DNA of 64,000 nucleotides from the NCBI GenBank assembly GCA_051294375.1, contig CM119263.1, positions 19,408,304 through 19,472,303 on the forward strand, in the 5' to 3' direction. A program made the position numbers and the translations under genes. This document shows, one piece after another, positions 1 through 13,939 of the stretch (the stretch's first letter is position 1; each line of letters starts with the position of its first letter). Under the pieces are notes generated by a model. That model worked only from the letters and a program-made list of their open reading frames with translations. It was not told the DNA's origin and made no database searches. The DNA is from Paraspadella gotoi (lineage: Eukaryota > Animalia > Chaetognatha).

Positions 1-410
1 GGCTACATTCGTCGGGATTATTAAGCATTAAGCAAATTCTTGTATTCGGAAGTCTGGATCCTTCCTGACACACCAATGATAATTTCTTTTGTTACTTTTT
101 ATCTAAATACTGTGTTACTAACTGACTATTAAAATGTTCAAAATTATTTATTTGGTTAAAATTTCTTAATAAAATTTTTTTACATTATTCCCACTCCACC
201 GAATTATTTTCATATTTCCCATCAGTGATCGCAGAAATAGCCCCACAAAAAATTCAATAAATCTCGAACTACGCCTTCTTATCGCTTCCCTTTTCAAATA
301 ATGGGACGATCCGTATTCTGTGTGCGGCGTTTTCCGTTTCGTAAAGCTGCTTCGCCTCGATCTCTATTCCGGCAACCAACGGATTTGGATACCACGAGTT
401 GATGGAATCT
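1..410 (-). CDS. Partial spliced gene running off the left edge (putative exons 410-275 and 64-1), product unknown
   Basis: Minus-strand acceptor ttcttaag at 411, then open frame DSINSWYPNPLVAGIEIEAKQLYETENAAHRIRIVPLFEKGSDKK; a second acceptor gtgtcag at 65 continues EGSRLPNTRICLMLNNPDECS if a GC-type donor at 274 is used. No recognisable domain. Confidence 0.35.
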
Positions 411-567
411 CTTAAGAAGAAAATATGAGTTTTTGTCCCATTGCATTGGCGTTGCAATGGCGAAGGCGAAGGCGAGTCAGATTTCAGTTTTAGTTAGAGC
501 GAGTGAAACGATTTAGGCCAGAGATAAGTAAAAATTTTAACGATTGTCTATAACAAATTCTTATTTT

Positions 568-942
568 TCTTCTAAAGAAAATAGTAACTCACTATCGATT
601 ACAACTGCTTACTAGAACTCGTACTGACGAATTCACTCGCAAATAGTCTTGCTTTCGTCATTCTGCTCTTATAATCTGTTCCTTTGATGCGAGAGCGGCG
701 AGATTCTAAAAATTGACCCCCGAGCGCGTCAGTGGTCATCATCGTCGTCGTCATCATCATCATAATCATCCTCAATGATTATCATCATCTTCATCACCAA
801 CGGAGATCATCAACATCGTGGCTGTTGTTGTTGTTGTCGTCATCCAGCGAATCGATTTCACGTGAACTTTTCTCTCATCGTCGATGTGGTTTTCTCTCCA
901 ACCACAACATTTCGATCCAATGATGCTATGAGCTCATAGGGC

Positions 943-1012
<70 letters not shown>

Positions 1013-1223
1013 ATTTTTCCCGTTTACTAACTTATATTTACCCCGCGTATCTCTCCTCTTTTTGCTTTTTTTATCATTTGTTTTTTTTGTTGTTTTTTTA
1101 TTTGCTTTTTGTTCTGTTTTCTTTCCCTCTGCTGCGATGGAAATATATGATTTTGCCGAAATCTTGCCAAAGTTAGTCAGCTCGATTTACCGTTTTTATT
1201 TGACCACACTCCTCTCCTTCTCT

Positions 1224-1258
<35 letters not shown>

Positions 1259-1726
1259 CTCTCTCCTGCTCACTCTCTCTCTCTCTCTCTTTTCCTTTCC
1301 TTCTTTCCACTTTTCGTTTTTTTTTTTTTCCCCTCCCATTTTATACAATCTCTATAAGTTGTCCCTAGTACGCGCGTATTATAACGCTTTCCTACTGCTT
1401 ATTCTGATTTTCAAGATTAGTTTAGATAAACTAATTTAACATTGAAAGACTCTCAACGTTTAGTCTTTTTATTTTGTTACCGAAAAATGATGATGCTGAA
1501 AGCCACGATGATGATAACATCGACAATGATTATGACGATGATCGTTGCTATGGTGATTCTGACTTTGAAAACGTGAAAACGATCGAAGNNNNNNNNNNNN
1601 NNNNNNNNNNNNNATGACGATGACGACGACGACGACGAAAAGTGACGGCGCTTAATCGAATTAGCGACAACAAAAAGTATAAACGGAGGAGAAGCAAAAA
1701 CTGTTTGATACGAAACCTGAGGGAGG

Positions 1727-1792
<66 letters not shown>

Positions 1793-2183
1793 AGAAAAGA
1801 GAGAAGAGAAGAGAAGAAGAGAGAGAGAGAGAGAGACAGAGAGAGAGAGATCGAGCTATCGACGTTGTCACGTTTCAAAAGTCAAACACCAGAGCAACAC
1901 GATCATGCGTCATAATCATTGTCGATGTTACATCATCGTGGCTTCAGCATCATCAATTTTTCGTAACAAAATAAAAGACTAAACGTTGAGAGCCTTTCAA
2001 TGGTTAATTAGTTTTCTAAACTAATCGTGAAAATCAGAATAAGCAGTAGGAAAGCGTTAATAATATCGCGCGTACGGACAACTATAGAGATGTATAAAAT
2101 GGGAGGAGGAAAAAAAAAAAAAAACGAAAGGGGGAAAGAAGGGAAAGGAAAGAGAGAGAGAGAGAGAGAGGACAGAGAGAGAG

Positions 2184-2221
<38 letters not shown>

Positions 2222-2444
2222 AGAAGAAGAGGAGTGTGGTCAAATAAAACGGGTAATCGAGCGACAACTTTGGCAGAGATTTTCGGCAAAAGTCATATGA
2301 TTTCCATCGCAGCAGAGGAAAGATAAATCAGAAAAAAGCAAAATGAAAAAACACACAAAAAAAACAAATGATGAAAAAAAGCATATAAAGAGGAGAGATA
2401 CACGGGGTAAATATAAAGTTAGTAACGCGGAAAAAGTAGAGAAT

Positions 2445-2481
<37 letters not shown>

Positions 2482-2869
2482 AGAGAGAGAGAAGAGAGAA
2501 GAGAGAGAGAGCCCATGAGCTCATAGCATCATTGGATCGAAAAATGTTGTGGTTGGAGAGAAAACCACACTCGACGATGAGAGAAAAGTCACGGAAACGA
2601 TTCGCGGCTACGACAACAAACAACAACAGTCCACGATTTGATGATCTCCGTTGTGATGAAGATGAATGATAACATTGAGAGATATGAGATAGACGACGAC
2701 GATGATGACCACTGACAGCGCCTCGGGTCAATTTTTTAGAATACTCGCCGCCTCGCATCAAAGAAAGAATAAGCAGAATGACGAAAGCAAACTATTTTGC
2801 GAGCATGAATCGCAGTACGAGTTCTAGTAGCAGTTGTAATCGATAGTGAGTTACTATTTTCTTTAGAAG
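568..2869. repeat. ~1 kb inverted duplication (about 568-1588 vs 1860-2869) around a 25-N gap; probable assembly or long-read artefact
   Basis: tctaaagaaaatagtaactcactatcgattacaactgc at 571 recurs as reverse complement ending ~2868; the arms differ by many single-base indels; gap 1589-1613 is exactly 25 N. Confidence 0.85.
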
Positions 2870-3841
2870 CGTCATCTTCAACGTTTTATAAAAAAGTTCG
2901 ATGCGAAAGACGTAAAAATCCTTCTTTTTAAGGTCAACCTATCGCGCTTTTTAGGCATATTTTTAAAAAACCAATTAGCCGCATTTTCTGGCCGTTTTTG
3001 GGTCACGGACGAAGTGAAATTTAATGAGAAGCGAATCATACGTCTGAAACTTGAATAAACAAGATACTCCTTTAACGGTATTATAATTTATATATAAACT
3101 TTTTTATAAGATCTTTCTATGAGAATCAGAAAGGTACCGCGTGAAATATATATTATAAAGGAAAAATTACATTTTTTCGATAGGTTTCTGTTTCTCCGAT
3201 TTTTAAAAAAAACTAGAGAAATTGATTCGTAAATTTAACGTGTGATAGGTTTCTTCATGGATAAAGATAGTCTGTAACTTTTATCACCTAAAAATTCAAT
3301 CGTTTTCCATGAAACGAAAACCTAAAAACGAAAAAGAAATTAATCTTTTTTTTTTATTATATACATATCATTGTCCTCATTGCAAGTAGGACACGTTATT
3401 TGAAATGCTACATCGAAGAAAACAAATTTTACCTCCGCCTTTTCCTTCTTTTCTTTTCTTTTTCCTTCTTTTCTTTTCCTTTTCTCCGTCGTGACGAAGG
3501 ATTTTTCCTCCAGGATTCGTTCGATGGCTTCGTCCCCTTCGACTTCGCCTCCGACGCAGGATTCTCCAACACCCCGTCCGCTCACGCCGACGCTTCGTCG
3601 CTCGATGACTTCGGAAGCCGCTTCCTCGAATCGTCGTCGTCGTCTTTGGAAATCGGATGATCCGTGACGCAAGAATCCACTTTTGACGCGGACTGACCAC
3701 TGACCAGTGACCACAATTGCTGGGCAACTTTATCAGTTTGAAAATTGTTTTTTTCGTTTAAATTATCTTCTCAGGGTCACCGAAGGAACTGTTGGCTAGA
3801 ATATTTGCTACAACGACAACTAAAATAATGCGAAATCATAT

Positions 3842-5248
3842 TTGGTTCCCGACTTTTCTGCGTTGAATCGCGAAATCGAAACAACTTCACTCCTTCATCC
3901 CCATCGCTTCACCATACCCCCTTTATCCGCCTCCCCATTTTCCGACGACTACTGCGCCGGTTGCCATGGGGACGGCGTCGTCGCGGGCTGCCCACTTCCA
4001 ACGCTCTGCGCCTTTTGTCCTCGAAGCGTCTCGGTGCTGACGGAACTGTGGGGGGCGTGTTGGGTCGGACTCGAGGTGAGGGCGACGCGAAGGATGAGGT
4101 CCGCTTGTCTTTTTGTTTTTTGTTTCGTCTTGGGTTCTTCTTTTTGTTTCGTCTTATCTTTTTGTTTTTGTGTCGTCTTGTTTTTTTTATATAGATTTTA
4201 TTATTTTAAAAAAGAAAAAGCATATCAAATAGTAAGTGAAAAAAATGATGTTGTTTGCATCTCAAGATTTTTTTTTTCTAAGAGCAAAAAATAACTCATG
4301 TTGATTAAATTTAACCAAGTTACAATTAATTTAAAAAGCCTCTTCCTTTCGCAGCTTGTGAAGACCCATTCGGCCGCCTTCGCCGCAGCCGTCGGCCTCC
4401 TCCTCTTCCTCTCCTTCAAATTCCGTCGACGACTGAAGAGATTCTTCTCCGCGATTCGTTTCTTTCGTCGTCGCTCGCCGTCGCTGGTCGGAGACGTCGG
4501 AAGACCGAACGAGGCCCGGATCGAGCATCGCCAAGGTTGCGGAGCCGACGACATCATCGAGGCCCGGATCGAGCACGGCGTCGTTCGCGGCGTCGATTCC
4601 GGCGTCGACAACCTCGACGGGGAAACCATCGCCTCCAGAACTTCGACGCCGGAGAAGATCGAAGTCGACACCAAGATGACGATCACCGGTGAGGAAAGAC
4701 GATGATTGGTCACGGGACTTGAATGAAAAAGTTGTAAGTTTTTTTTTAAAAAAGCTCATTCATAGATAACCTCTGTGAATATACGAGTCAATCAAACCAC
4801 ACAACTCATTAAAAAAAATTAATGATAAATAATTCGATCGATGAAATCAAATCTAATCCAGACGAAGATGGACACATCATCATCCGCAAAGGAGACATCC
4901 TTCAGTCCCGTTTCGAGATCCAAGGTCTCCTCGGCGAAGGGACCTTCGGCAAAGTGGCGGAGGTGCGAGACTACGAGGCCAAGAACAAGAAGCGCGCCCT
5001 CAAGATCATCAGGAACATCGACAAGTGCGTCGTCAGGGGACAAGCTGATCGCGGGCCATTTGATTTTGAACGCGTTATTTATTGGGTTTAAAGGGAGGTC
5101 CCGCCGCTCAGGATGGGCGGGATTATTGACCATTTGTGTTTTTTTCCAAACGTGACCCGAAGTGACTCAGGTGGTTTTGGTCGAACGTCATTTGTTCTTT
5201 TTTTGTTTCATTTCGGTAATTCCATCTATTCTACTTCTTTTCTTCCGT

Positions 5249-5330
<82 letters not shown>

Positions 5331-7811
5331 GATATCGCGAAGCCGCGAAACTGGAGATTCAGGTCCTGGAGGCGATCGCAGAGAAAGAAGAATCGATGGA
5401 CGGAAGGAATCTTTGCCTCACCCACATAGATTGGTGAGGACTGAGAAGGGTGAGGTTGGGGTGACGAATTGGTGAGGACGGTCAGTTGGGCTTCACCAAC
5501 ATTGATAAATGCTGAAAATTGTGAAAGGTGTTGATCCTGGGTTTTGAATTAGCGATGAGGGTCAATTTTTAATGTATCTTTGCTTCATGAAATTTAATGG
5601 GTTCAAAGTTGATATATTATTCACTTCGAATGATAAGAACGTTAAGTTAACTTTATTTGCGATGAATCAAAGCCTCGGGCGAATTGCGTTCGTTTTCTCT
5701 TTTTGTTTCTGCCTTTTTCCCCCCCGGTTTAATGGTTTGGATGGCGTGTGAAACGTTGATTGCATCTCGTTATTTAATAAATGAAGTCGCTTCATAAATG
5801 AATTAAATTTTTTTAATATTATGAGATTATAGATTATAAGATAACAGGTTTTTCCCTCAAAACCAAATCGCCTTTTCAACAAAACTCAATAACACACAAC
5901 CAACTTCACAGGTTCGGCTACAACGGTCACATTTGTCTTGCCTTCGAACTCTTAGGCGACTCGGTGTTCGACTTTCTCAAAGACAACGAATATCAGGTCA
6001 GTCTTAATCGAATTGTTAAAGTTTCTTTTTTTTTTTGTTATCGCGTTAAAACTCTTCGGAGGATTATCGATTAATGGGAAGAAGAAAAGTTATTTTTGAC
6101 TTCAGCCTAAATTAAGATTTAGGCCTCGACGACGTCAGTGACCTTTGACCAATGGCCGATCTCCATCCCTCCTTCCTCAGCCCTACACAGCCGAACACAC
6201 GCGCCACATCTTATTCCAACTCTGTTCCGCCGTCGCTTTTCTTCATCGCCTCAAAATCACTCACACAGATTTGAAGCCAGAAAATCTCCTCTTCAAAAAC
6301 CGCAACGATTACGACACGCTGTACACGAGGAAAGGGAGACCTTACAAGAAAATGAGGAACACCGAGGTCGGCACATATTGATTGGACAGTGTCCATTTAT
6401 GTTATCGTAATGAAAAAAATAAAAAAATTTTTAATTGTGAATTATGGCAACAGTCGGGTTGCCTGTGATGCCCATTGGGATGGGGCATCTCACTGTTGGC
6501 TTTGGGGGCTTCCGACCCGCAGTGACGCCTCCAGCCACTGTCGCGGTTACCCTCGGACGGTCTCGCTTTGCCAACACAGAGGGAAGTCATTAGGACTGCG
6601 GATGGAACACTACGCCTGGGATGGTGTGTTCCCCCTCTGACCCAATGGATTTGGCTGAAGGATGATGGACGTGAGGCGGTGTGAATATACCGCCACACAA
6701 TAATCATTTTCTTTGGAAATTGTTCTAATTTTTAATTTTTTTTCATTTCCTATTTTATCGCCCATTTTAGGTTCGATTGATAGACTTCGGTTCCGCCACG
6801 TTCGACCACGACCATCACAGCACCGTCGTCTCCACCAGACATTATCGGTATTTGAGATACGCATTTATGTGAGGTCGAGGAAATATCACAAAGCGCATCA
6901 CCCGCTCCGAATTCCCAAACCCTCCAGGGCTCCCGAGGTAGTGTTGGAACTTGGATGGAGCATTCCCTGCGACATCTGGTCGATCGGATGCATCCTCTTC
7001 GAACTCTGCCAGGTGAAGAAGAATTCTAAGAAGATTAAAGATTGACCCAATGTCGCACCTCCTACCTTTGTAGTCCCCTTAATCTCGTCTAGTCAACCGA
7101 AAACCCCCTTTGACCGCAGGGAGCGACGATGTTTCAAACCCACGAGAATAAGGAGCATCTGGCGATGATGGAACAGATTCTCGGTAAACACGACGAGACG
7201 AGAAATCGGTTTACCCGCCCCTCGAATTCAGTTGATTGGCAGCAAAAGGATCAACAGACTTGCACTTAATTGTTTTTTTTTGTGAATCAAAATTAAAAGA
7301 GAAACAAACGTGGAGACTGGAAAGCGATAAAAAAAATGATTTAAAACTAAATTAGGTTGTGAAGAGACAACATGAGTTACGGAAAGTATTTTGGCGATGT
7401 TTAAACACCGAAAATGCTTGTTTATCCGATGAAACGATCAAGAGCTCCTAAAGCTTGGCAACGCGAAAGAAATAAGCGGAAAATCGCCCTCTGAACTCTA
7501 AGATGAAACATAATGCTGAGCAATAAGACTGATTCTTGAGCATGTAGATATATTCTCATTTTACATGAAAGCATTTAAGATACGTATTTTCTTATTTTTA
7601 ATTCTCTACGGCGAAAATTAGGATTAAATTTCTGACGTCCAAAGTCGAAGGAATTCGAGTATCAGTCGCACTCTATCTTTCAGGTCCAATTCCCTACGGG
7701 ATGATCAAAAAAACGCCGAAGACCAAATATTTTTGGCGCGGGCGATTAGACTGGGATGACAGGAATGAAGCAGGGGCCTACGTCAAGAGACAGTGGTCGG
7801 CCGCTCAAGGT

Positions 7812-7904
<93 letters not shown>

Positions 7905-8630
7905 CCTTCCTTCCCCCTATCTCCATTTGTCCACCCTCTCTTCCCTCATGGTCATTATTCTATCACTTCCTCGGCCATTCCCCTTCGCACCAAAAGTAAG
8001 ATAAGATCGTTTTTCTCATTTGGTTCCTGTCATTTCCACGATTCCGACTCATCTTCCCTCCCTCCCTCTCTTCCTTCCCTCCCACCAGGAATACCAGGGT
8101 CCTAATCCCGATAAGGACAGTCGGCAGATGTTCGATTTGATGGAACTCATGCTCGAATACAATCCCGACCAAAGAATAACAGCTGAGGAATCCCTCAAGT
8201 AGGAATATTTTAATGAGGAATGAAGAGCGGAATGTTGCCAAAGAGAGAGTAACGAGGAAATTCGTCTAAGAATTATCTCTTAACGATTGCGACAGAATCG
8301 AGGGCGAGGTTCTAAATTTTAGATTTCTAAGAGCTCGAGGGTTCGGACTTTTGAATTATGCAATTTGCATCATTCGAGTTCTTTGTCTTTTTTATCTCAT
8401 GAAGCCAACTGATAATTTCTAAGCTCTCAGGGCATCGCCTCGCAAATCTTCCCTTTTTTTTATCGAACACAAAAATATCAAGTTCTTTTAGTTCAACGCT
8501 TTCTCCAGTCAATTAGGAAGGCGTTTATACATTTTTTTGTTCCAGACACGGATTCTTCGACAACGTCACTCAATCTCAAAAGATGGCCGCAAGAAAAAAC
8601 ACAGTTGGTCACAGTAGTCACGTACACTAA
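3842..8630 (+). CDS. CLK: LAMMER-family dual-specificity kinase (CLK/Doa-like). Exons ~3842-4075, 4355-4688, 4862-5024, 5332-5433, 5912-5996, 6181-6366, 6771-6847, 6928-7012, 7120-7183, 7684-7809, 8089-8198, 8546-8630; start codon unresolved
   Basis: Spliced translation contains [77 protein letters not shown] and [11 protein letters not shown]. All introns are GT-AG with consistent phases except one extra base at ~7795. Confidence 0.95.
6445..6700. repeat. GC-rich, hairpin-rich interspersed repeat in CLK intron 6; related copy at ~26497-26567 continuing at ~27171-27210
   Basis: Both loci share ggcaacag..gggttgcctgt.atg...gggcatctcac..ctgttgg..ggggcttc; several local hairpins (ggcaac/gttgcc, gatgccc/gggcatc, ggcggt/accgcc). 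Confidence 0.6.
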
Positions 8631-9739
8631 GTCATTATCATCATCATCATCACCGTCCTAAAACTCATGATATGTCTCAATCATCATAATCATCGGGGAG
8701 TGTTGACGAACGTAAGACATGAAAATGTATCTCTGAATTGAATTGCAACATACGTACAGGTTTTTCTGTCCTCTCGAAATGTTTTTCACGTGTGTCCACT
8801 GTACAGGTTATTTATTATTTTTGCCAAGATGCAAAAAAAACGTAAAGGGCACTACTCATTGATAGTTTTTAAATTGAAAACTGTGCAATGATTAAAATTA
8901 CACCGATGAATTATTCTTATGCTTTACGGTTTAATATTTATAAAGTTGGTTTATTGATGTCTTTTGTTTCAGATTGTCTTTTAACTTTTCTCATCTCATG
9001 TCGTAAAAAAAGTCTTCTCATGTTTCTAGCGTAATATCATTTGAAATAAGTGAATTTACGTGTTTCATAATTACAAATCAAAAGTAAAGGCAAGAAAGCG
9101 CTTTATTTTTACATAAGGCATTATTAGGCAGACTATAAATTTGTTTAACATTTCAAAACATATCTTATTTAAACAAAGGCGAGAACAACGAAACCTTTAC
9201 TGAAAAAGACAGACTCAATTGTGCGCCTTGATTTAACACTTTTTTAAAATCTTAAAAATTATAATCATCAATCTCTTTATTTTGTTAGTTTTTACATTTT
9301 CACAGATAAAATATTAACAGTCAGCTAATGCTAGTGCGGAGTACAATGCAGTATGCCCCGATCTTATACTACTTAAAAAAGGGGTTCTTTTATACAATTG
9401 AAACATCCTTTGAAATATTATACCACCTCCTACTATGTTATTATCTTGTAAGAGAGAAAGAGGCGTCAACCCACCATGGCCTGTCCTAAGTCAGTGGCAA
9501 GAAAGCTTATTCATTAAATGAATGTATAATTTTTATTATTGTTGTACCAATTTCATACAATTCTAATTGCAATAATAAATTTTGTCTAACTTTTTAAACT
9601 CTATCGGAATCTATTATGTTTAAAAGCCTCTAATCCTTATCAAGATGAGATAAATTTAAAAATTATTTTAATTTTTATGATTTCGAATAGTCATGAGAAC
9701 TTCGAGTTATCAACATGTTCCACCTGCTCCAATGAAGAG

Positions 9740-9861
<122 letters not shown>

Positions 9862-10515
9862 ACGCGCTGCGCGGCCAAGCGCGGGCGACGAATCGCGCTT
9901 TTTCCGATTTCTCCGTTTACCGCATTTTCATTTTCCTCTGGATATGCAAAACACAAAGTAGATTAAAAAGCTTTTACCCCTTTTCCCATTTATCAGAATT
10001 GCTATAATAATTGAATAATAATTGCTATAATAATTGAACTACCTTCGTTTCTTTCCCGATCGGTCGCCTTGTTTTACATAAATTTTCCCGTCGGCTTCAT
10101 TTTACTCTCAAGTAAAAAGTCAAAGGTTTTTCACGCGCTAAGTCGCCCTTCGCTTTTCGTTTAACAATTTATTATTTATCTCTAAAGAAAAAAAAAATTT
10201 CTGTTTTTGTCATCGATTCGAGTCTACACGAAAAAGTTTATTTTTAATTATAATATAAGACAGCTGATAGGAAGGAGAAGTTCATAGTAAACATTTTTAC
10301 GATTTCTCCTCTCAGCTTTCTTACAGCTGCAGAATGCATTATCTTTTTTGATTCGCTTTCGCTACAAAAATCAGGATTCATCATCGTTACTCTTCGTTTG
10401 TGATGAATCTAACTGGGATTGTGAGAGCAGCTCCCTCGGAGATTCACAATTCTCGCGCCTCACGAGTCACCATCGCTTCACGAATGCCGTTGGTCTTTGT
10501 CTTCTGACGACGACG

Positions 10516-11038
10516 ATGACTGATGTGGAGATTATCGCCGCCACGACGGTGGAGCCTCTCGATTTGTTAAAAGGTGAGGCCGACTGGGCCCCGAAGCAAC
10601 CTAACCCCAACCCTGCCAATCCTTTTTGACGTATTTGTTCCATTTATTGTACCTTTTTATATGTTTCTTTCTTTTTTCGTTCATTTTTTTGTTTTGTTGA
10701 ATCTGGGCCCATTTTCCGATTCCTTTCATCTCCTTTGACGTTGCAGTTGTCGTCGTTGTCGTCGTCATGAAACTAAATTATCATCCTTTTCACGAAAATA
10801 GCAGCTCCAGTTTTTTTTCCTCCATTTTTGTAAAACAAAACTAAAATTGTGAGTTGTGGCGGAAAAACATTTTATGCTCGCCTTCATTTATCTCTATGAA
10901 CGAATTCAAACCTCCGGCACTCATTCTTTCCCCGTTTTTATTTTCAGACCAAAATTTAGAAAATTTGAAAGATTTAACCATTTCATTTGTCGTGTAAATC
11001 ATTGGAGACGGGGAGGAGAGAGAGAGAGAGATAGAGGA

Positions 11039-11069
<31 letters not shown>

Positions 11070-11074
11070 AAGAG

Positions 11075-11137
<63 letters not shown>

Positions 11138-12273
11138 CAAAGAGGGTTGTCACTAGCAGTGAACTTGAAGAGTGATCCTTAAAAAACTCGATTGGAATCC
11201 AACCGTCAAAATATTGGCTCCTTTTTTTTCGGTTGCGAGAGAGCGACTGTATAAGTCACTTGTCGTTATTGGTCGCGTCATCAAGACTTTATAGGTCAAT
11301 ATGCTGGTCTATCCATCCGCTCGTCCAGTCACATTTTTGGGGGGATGACATCGCAAATTATTAATAAAACCCTTTGATGCGCTTATAGCTGCATGTAACC
11401 AATTAATATTAATATTAATAATTTTCAAAAAAAACTTTCTCTGAAAACGGATTAAGATGCGATGCACAGTCTCGTAAAAAAAACTTATTCCTTTCCCTTC
11501 TCGCTTATTTCTTCATCTTATGGCCAAAACTTTTGCTCGTTCAGATTATTCCCACATCCCTTATGTTCGATGAACTTTTTTTACCATCACTGTTGTTTTA
11601 AATGGCGACAATATTTTGTACCATCATTAGTTTAATTGAGCTTGTTTAAACTTGTTGTCTGAATAAAAATAACAATAAAGAAACATTTAAACTTAACTTG
11701 TTATACCCGCCATCAAGAGCTATCTTTTAAACCTAATAATTTTTTTTTATTTTGAAAAGAATATGAATATTTTCATCAATAAGACTATTTATCTATAATA
11801 CTATAAATCTCTTCGCAGCGGAAAAAATAGCTAATCAGCCTAGAAACGTTGAGTGGCGCATTACGACGCTAGCGATTCTGGTCATCGTGGGCGTGGCAGG
11901 AAACGCCATGGTCTTCGCTTGGATATTCGTGGAGAAGAGGTGAGGTCGTGAGGTCATGAATATTACCCGAGTTTTATATAATATTTATTACGTAAAGATT
12001 TGCTCTTTGGATTCCCAACCTTGGTCATAAGAGAAGAGAAACCAATCAGAGAAAAGTTAGAGAGAAGCAAATAGGAAAAGTAAGAAACGACCGAAACCTG
12101 TCGACGGCAGTGAAGCCGTAAAAAGAGAACGAAAGTGCGGAGAATTAAAAATTAAAAATAAACGAGGAAAATTGAGGATAAAAGAAAGGAGGACATAAAA
12201 AATTAGAAAAAGAAAGAAAGAGAGAAAGAAAGAAAGAAAGAGAGATAGAAAGAAAGAAAGAAGAAAGAAAGAT

Positions 12274-12328
<55 letters not shown>

Positions 12329-12830
12329 AGAAAAAAAAACAAGAAAAAAGAGAGCGGTGCTCCCGTTATCGTAACTCTTGACTTTCAGGGTGATGAAAAA
12401 GCGAAACCGCCTCCAGTCGTTAATCATCAACGTCGCCGCTTCCGACGCCCTTGTCGTCTGCGCCGCCAACCTTCCGCAAATCATCCTCGAAGCCGTTCAG
12501 TACAGATGGATCATGGGTCAGTACTGATGGTACAATGGGTAGTAGAGATGCAGGGTAAGGATCACAGTGATTATACGGATTGATCCCGAAGCAGTAGAGA
12601 TAGATATTGGGTTCAGTAGAGATGGATCGCAGATCCGGACCATACAACACTACCATACCCTTCATATTTCTTGAAATCCTCATCCGGTTATCGATATAGG
12701 AACGATCCTCTGCAAGCTGATGCGCTCCGTCCAGATTTTCGCCATCCTCGCCTCCAACAACATGTTGATCGTCTTGGCCGTGGATAGACACAGAGCCGTC
12801 GTGCGGCCTTTGAAGGAGCCCACCAGGGTG

Positions 12831-12914
<84 letters not shown>

Positions 12915-13855
12915 ATTCGTGTCACGTTTTCTTCTGCTCAAGGTTTCGATATTGACGGGGATTGGTTGGCTGATGGCGGTGCTTATGGCATTTCCTTGTC
13001 TTTTTGTTTTCGAAACTTGTAAGTATAAATGTTTATAACATGAAAGAACCAATTTATTTTGAAATTTAAATTCGAATGAATTCTCTCTTTTTTTTTTTAG
13101 ACCCTAAAAACTTTCAGGCTGAAAACCCGACGGTCAACAACAACAACAACGACAACAACAGTTGGAATTTTTCAAATTCGACACGGATCGAAGATTCGAA
13201 TGCGGAATTGGCGACCGTCTGCAGCTCGATCTTCAGAAGAGTCCCGACGTGGATTAGGTCTGACTTTGACAATTACAGTCGACACGCGTTAAGCGCCCAA
13301 AAAAACAATTTCGACGAGGCCGATTCCCGGAACTAAAGAGGGCCGTTTGCGTGGGTTGCTGATTTAAAAGCGGAAAAGCGAAATTGAAAAGTAAAAATAG
13401 AAAAAGCCGAGTCAAGAATTCGGGAGTTGACGTATGGTTTGAAATTATTTTTTAAAAAATTTCATATTCCCGGAGAGGAAAGCAACGACAATGACGAAGA
13501 TAAACTCACATTTACTTGCCTTTTTACCTTTTAATTAGATTTGAATTTATTATTTCACAATTTGGGTCGGGAACGATCTAAGAATGATACCGAATTTCAT
13601 CAGGTAATTGATCAACAAACTTCGGCAATTTAATTAAGTCGGATATGGCACAAGACTGAAGACGAAAGACCATTTTGTGTCGCGGATGGAGGAGCATACT
13701 AAGAAAGTCCCCGCGGTACGACTCGCGGGATCGCGCCTACTTTGACTTTGTGATCCGAGTCGGTGAACCGCAATTTTTAATCGCTCTTTCTTTCTCTCAT
13801 TTTTTTCTCTCCTTCTTTTTTCATCTATTTCTTTCTTTCTTTCTTTATATTTTCA

Positions 13856-13939
<84 letters not shown>

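Noticed and set aside
568-2869. Giant palindrome as a biological hairpin locus
   Set aside because: Indel-rich arms next to an exact 25-N gap fit a fold-back long read or an overfilled gap better.
3950-3968. CAGCH as a cytochrome c heme-binding CxxCH motif
   Set aside because: Single short motif with no cytochrome context; chance or zinc binding is more likely.
4355-4691. Arg-rich alternative frame (RSRRHHR...RRRSRRR) as the CLK RS domain
   Set aside because: It is out of phase with the only acceptor at 4861 and is explained as a shadow of C-ending codon bias in the true frame.
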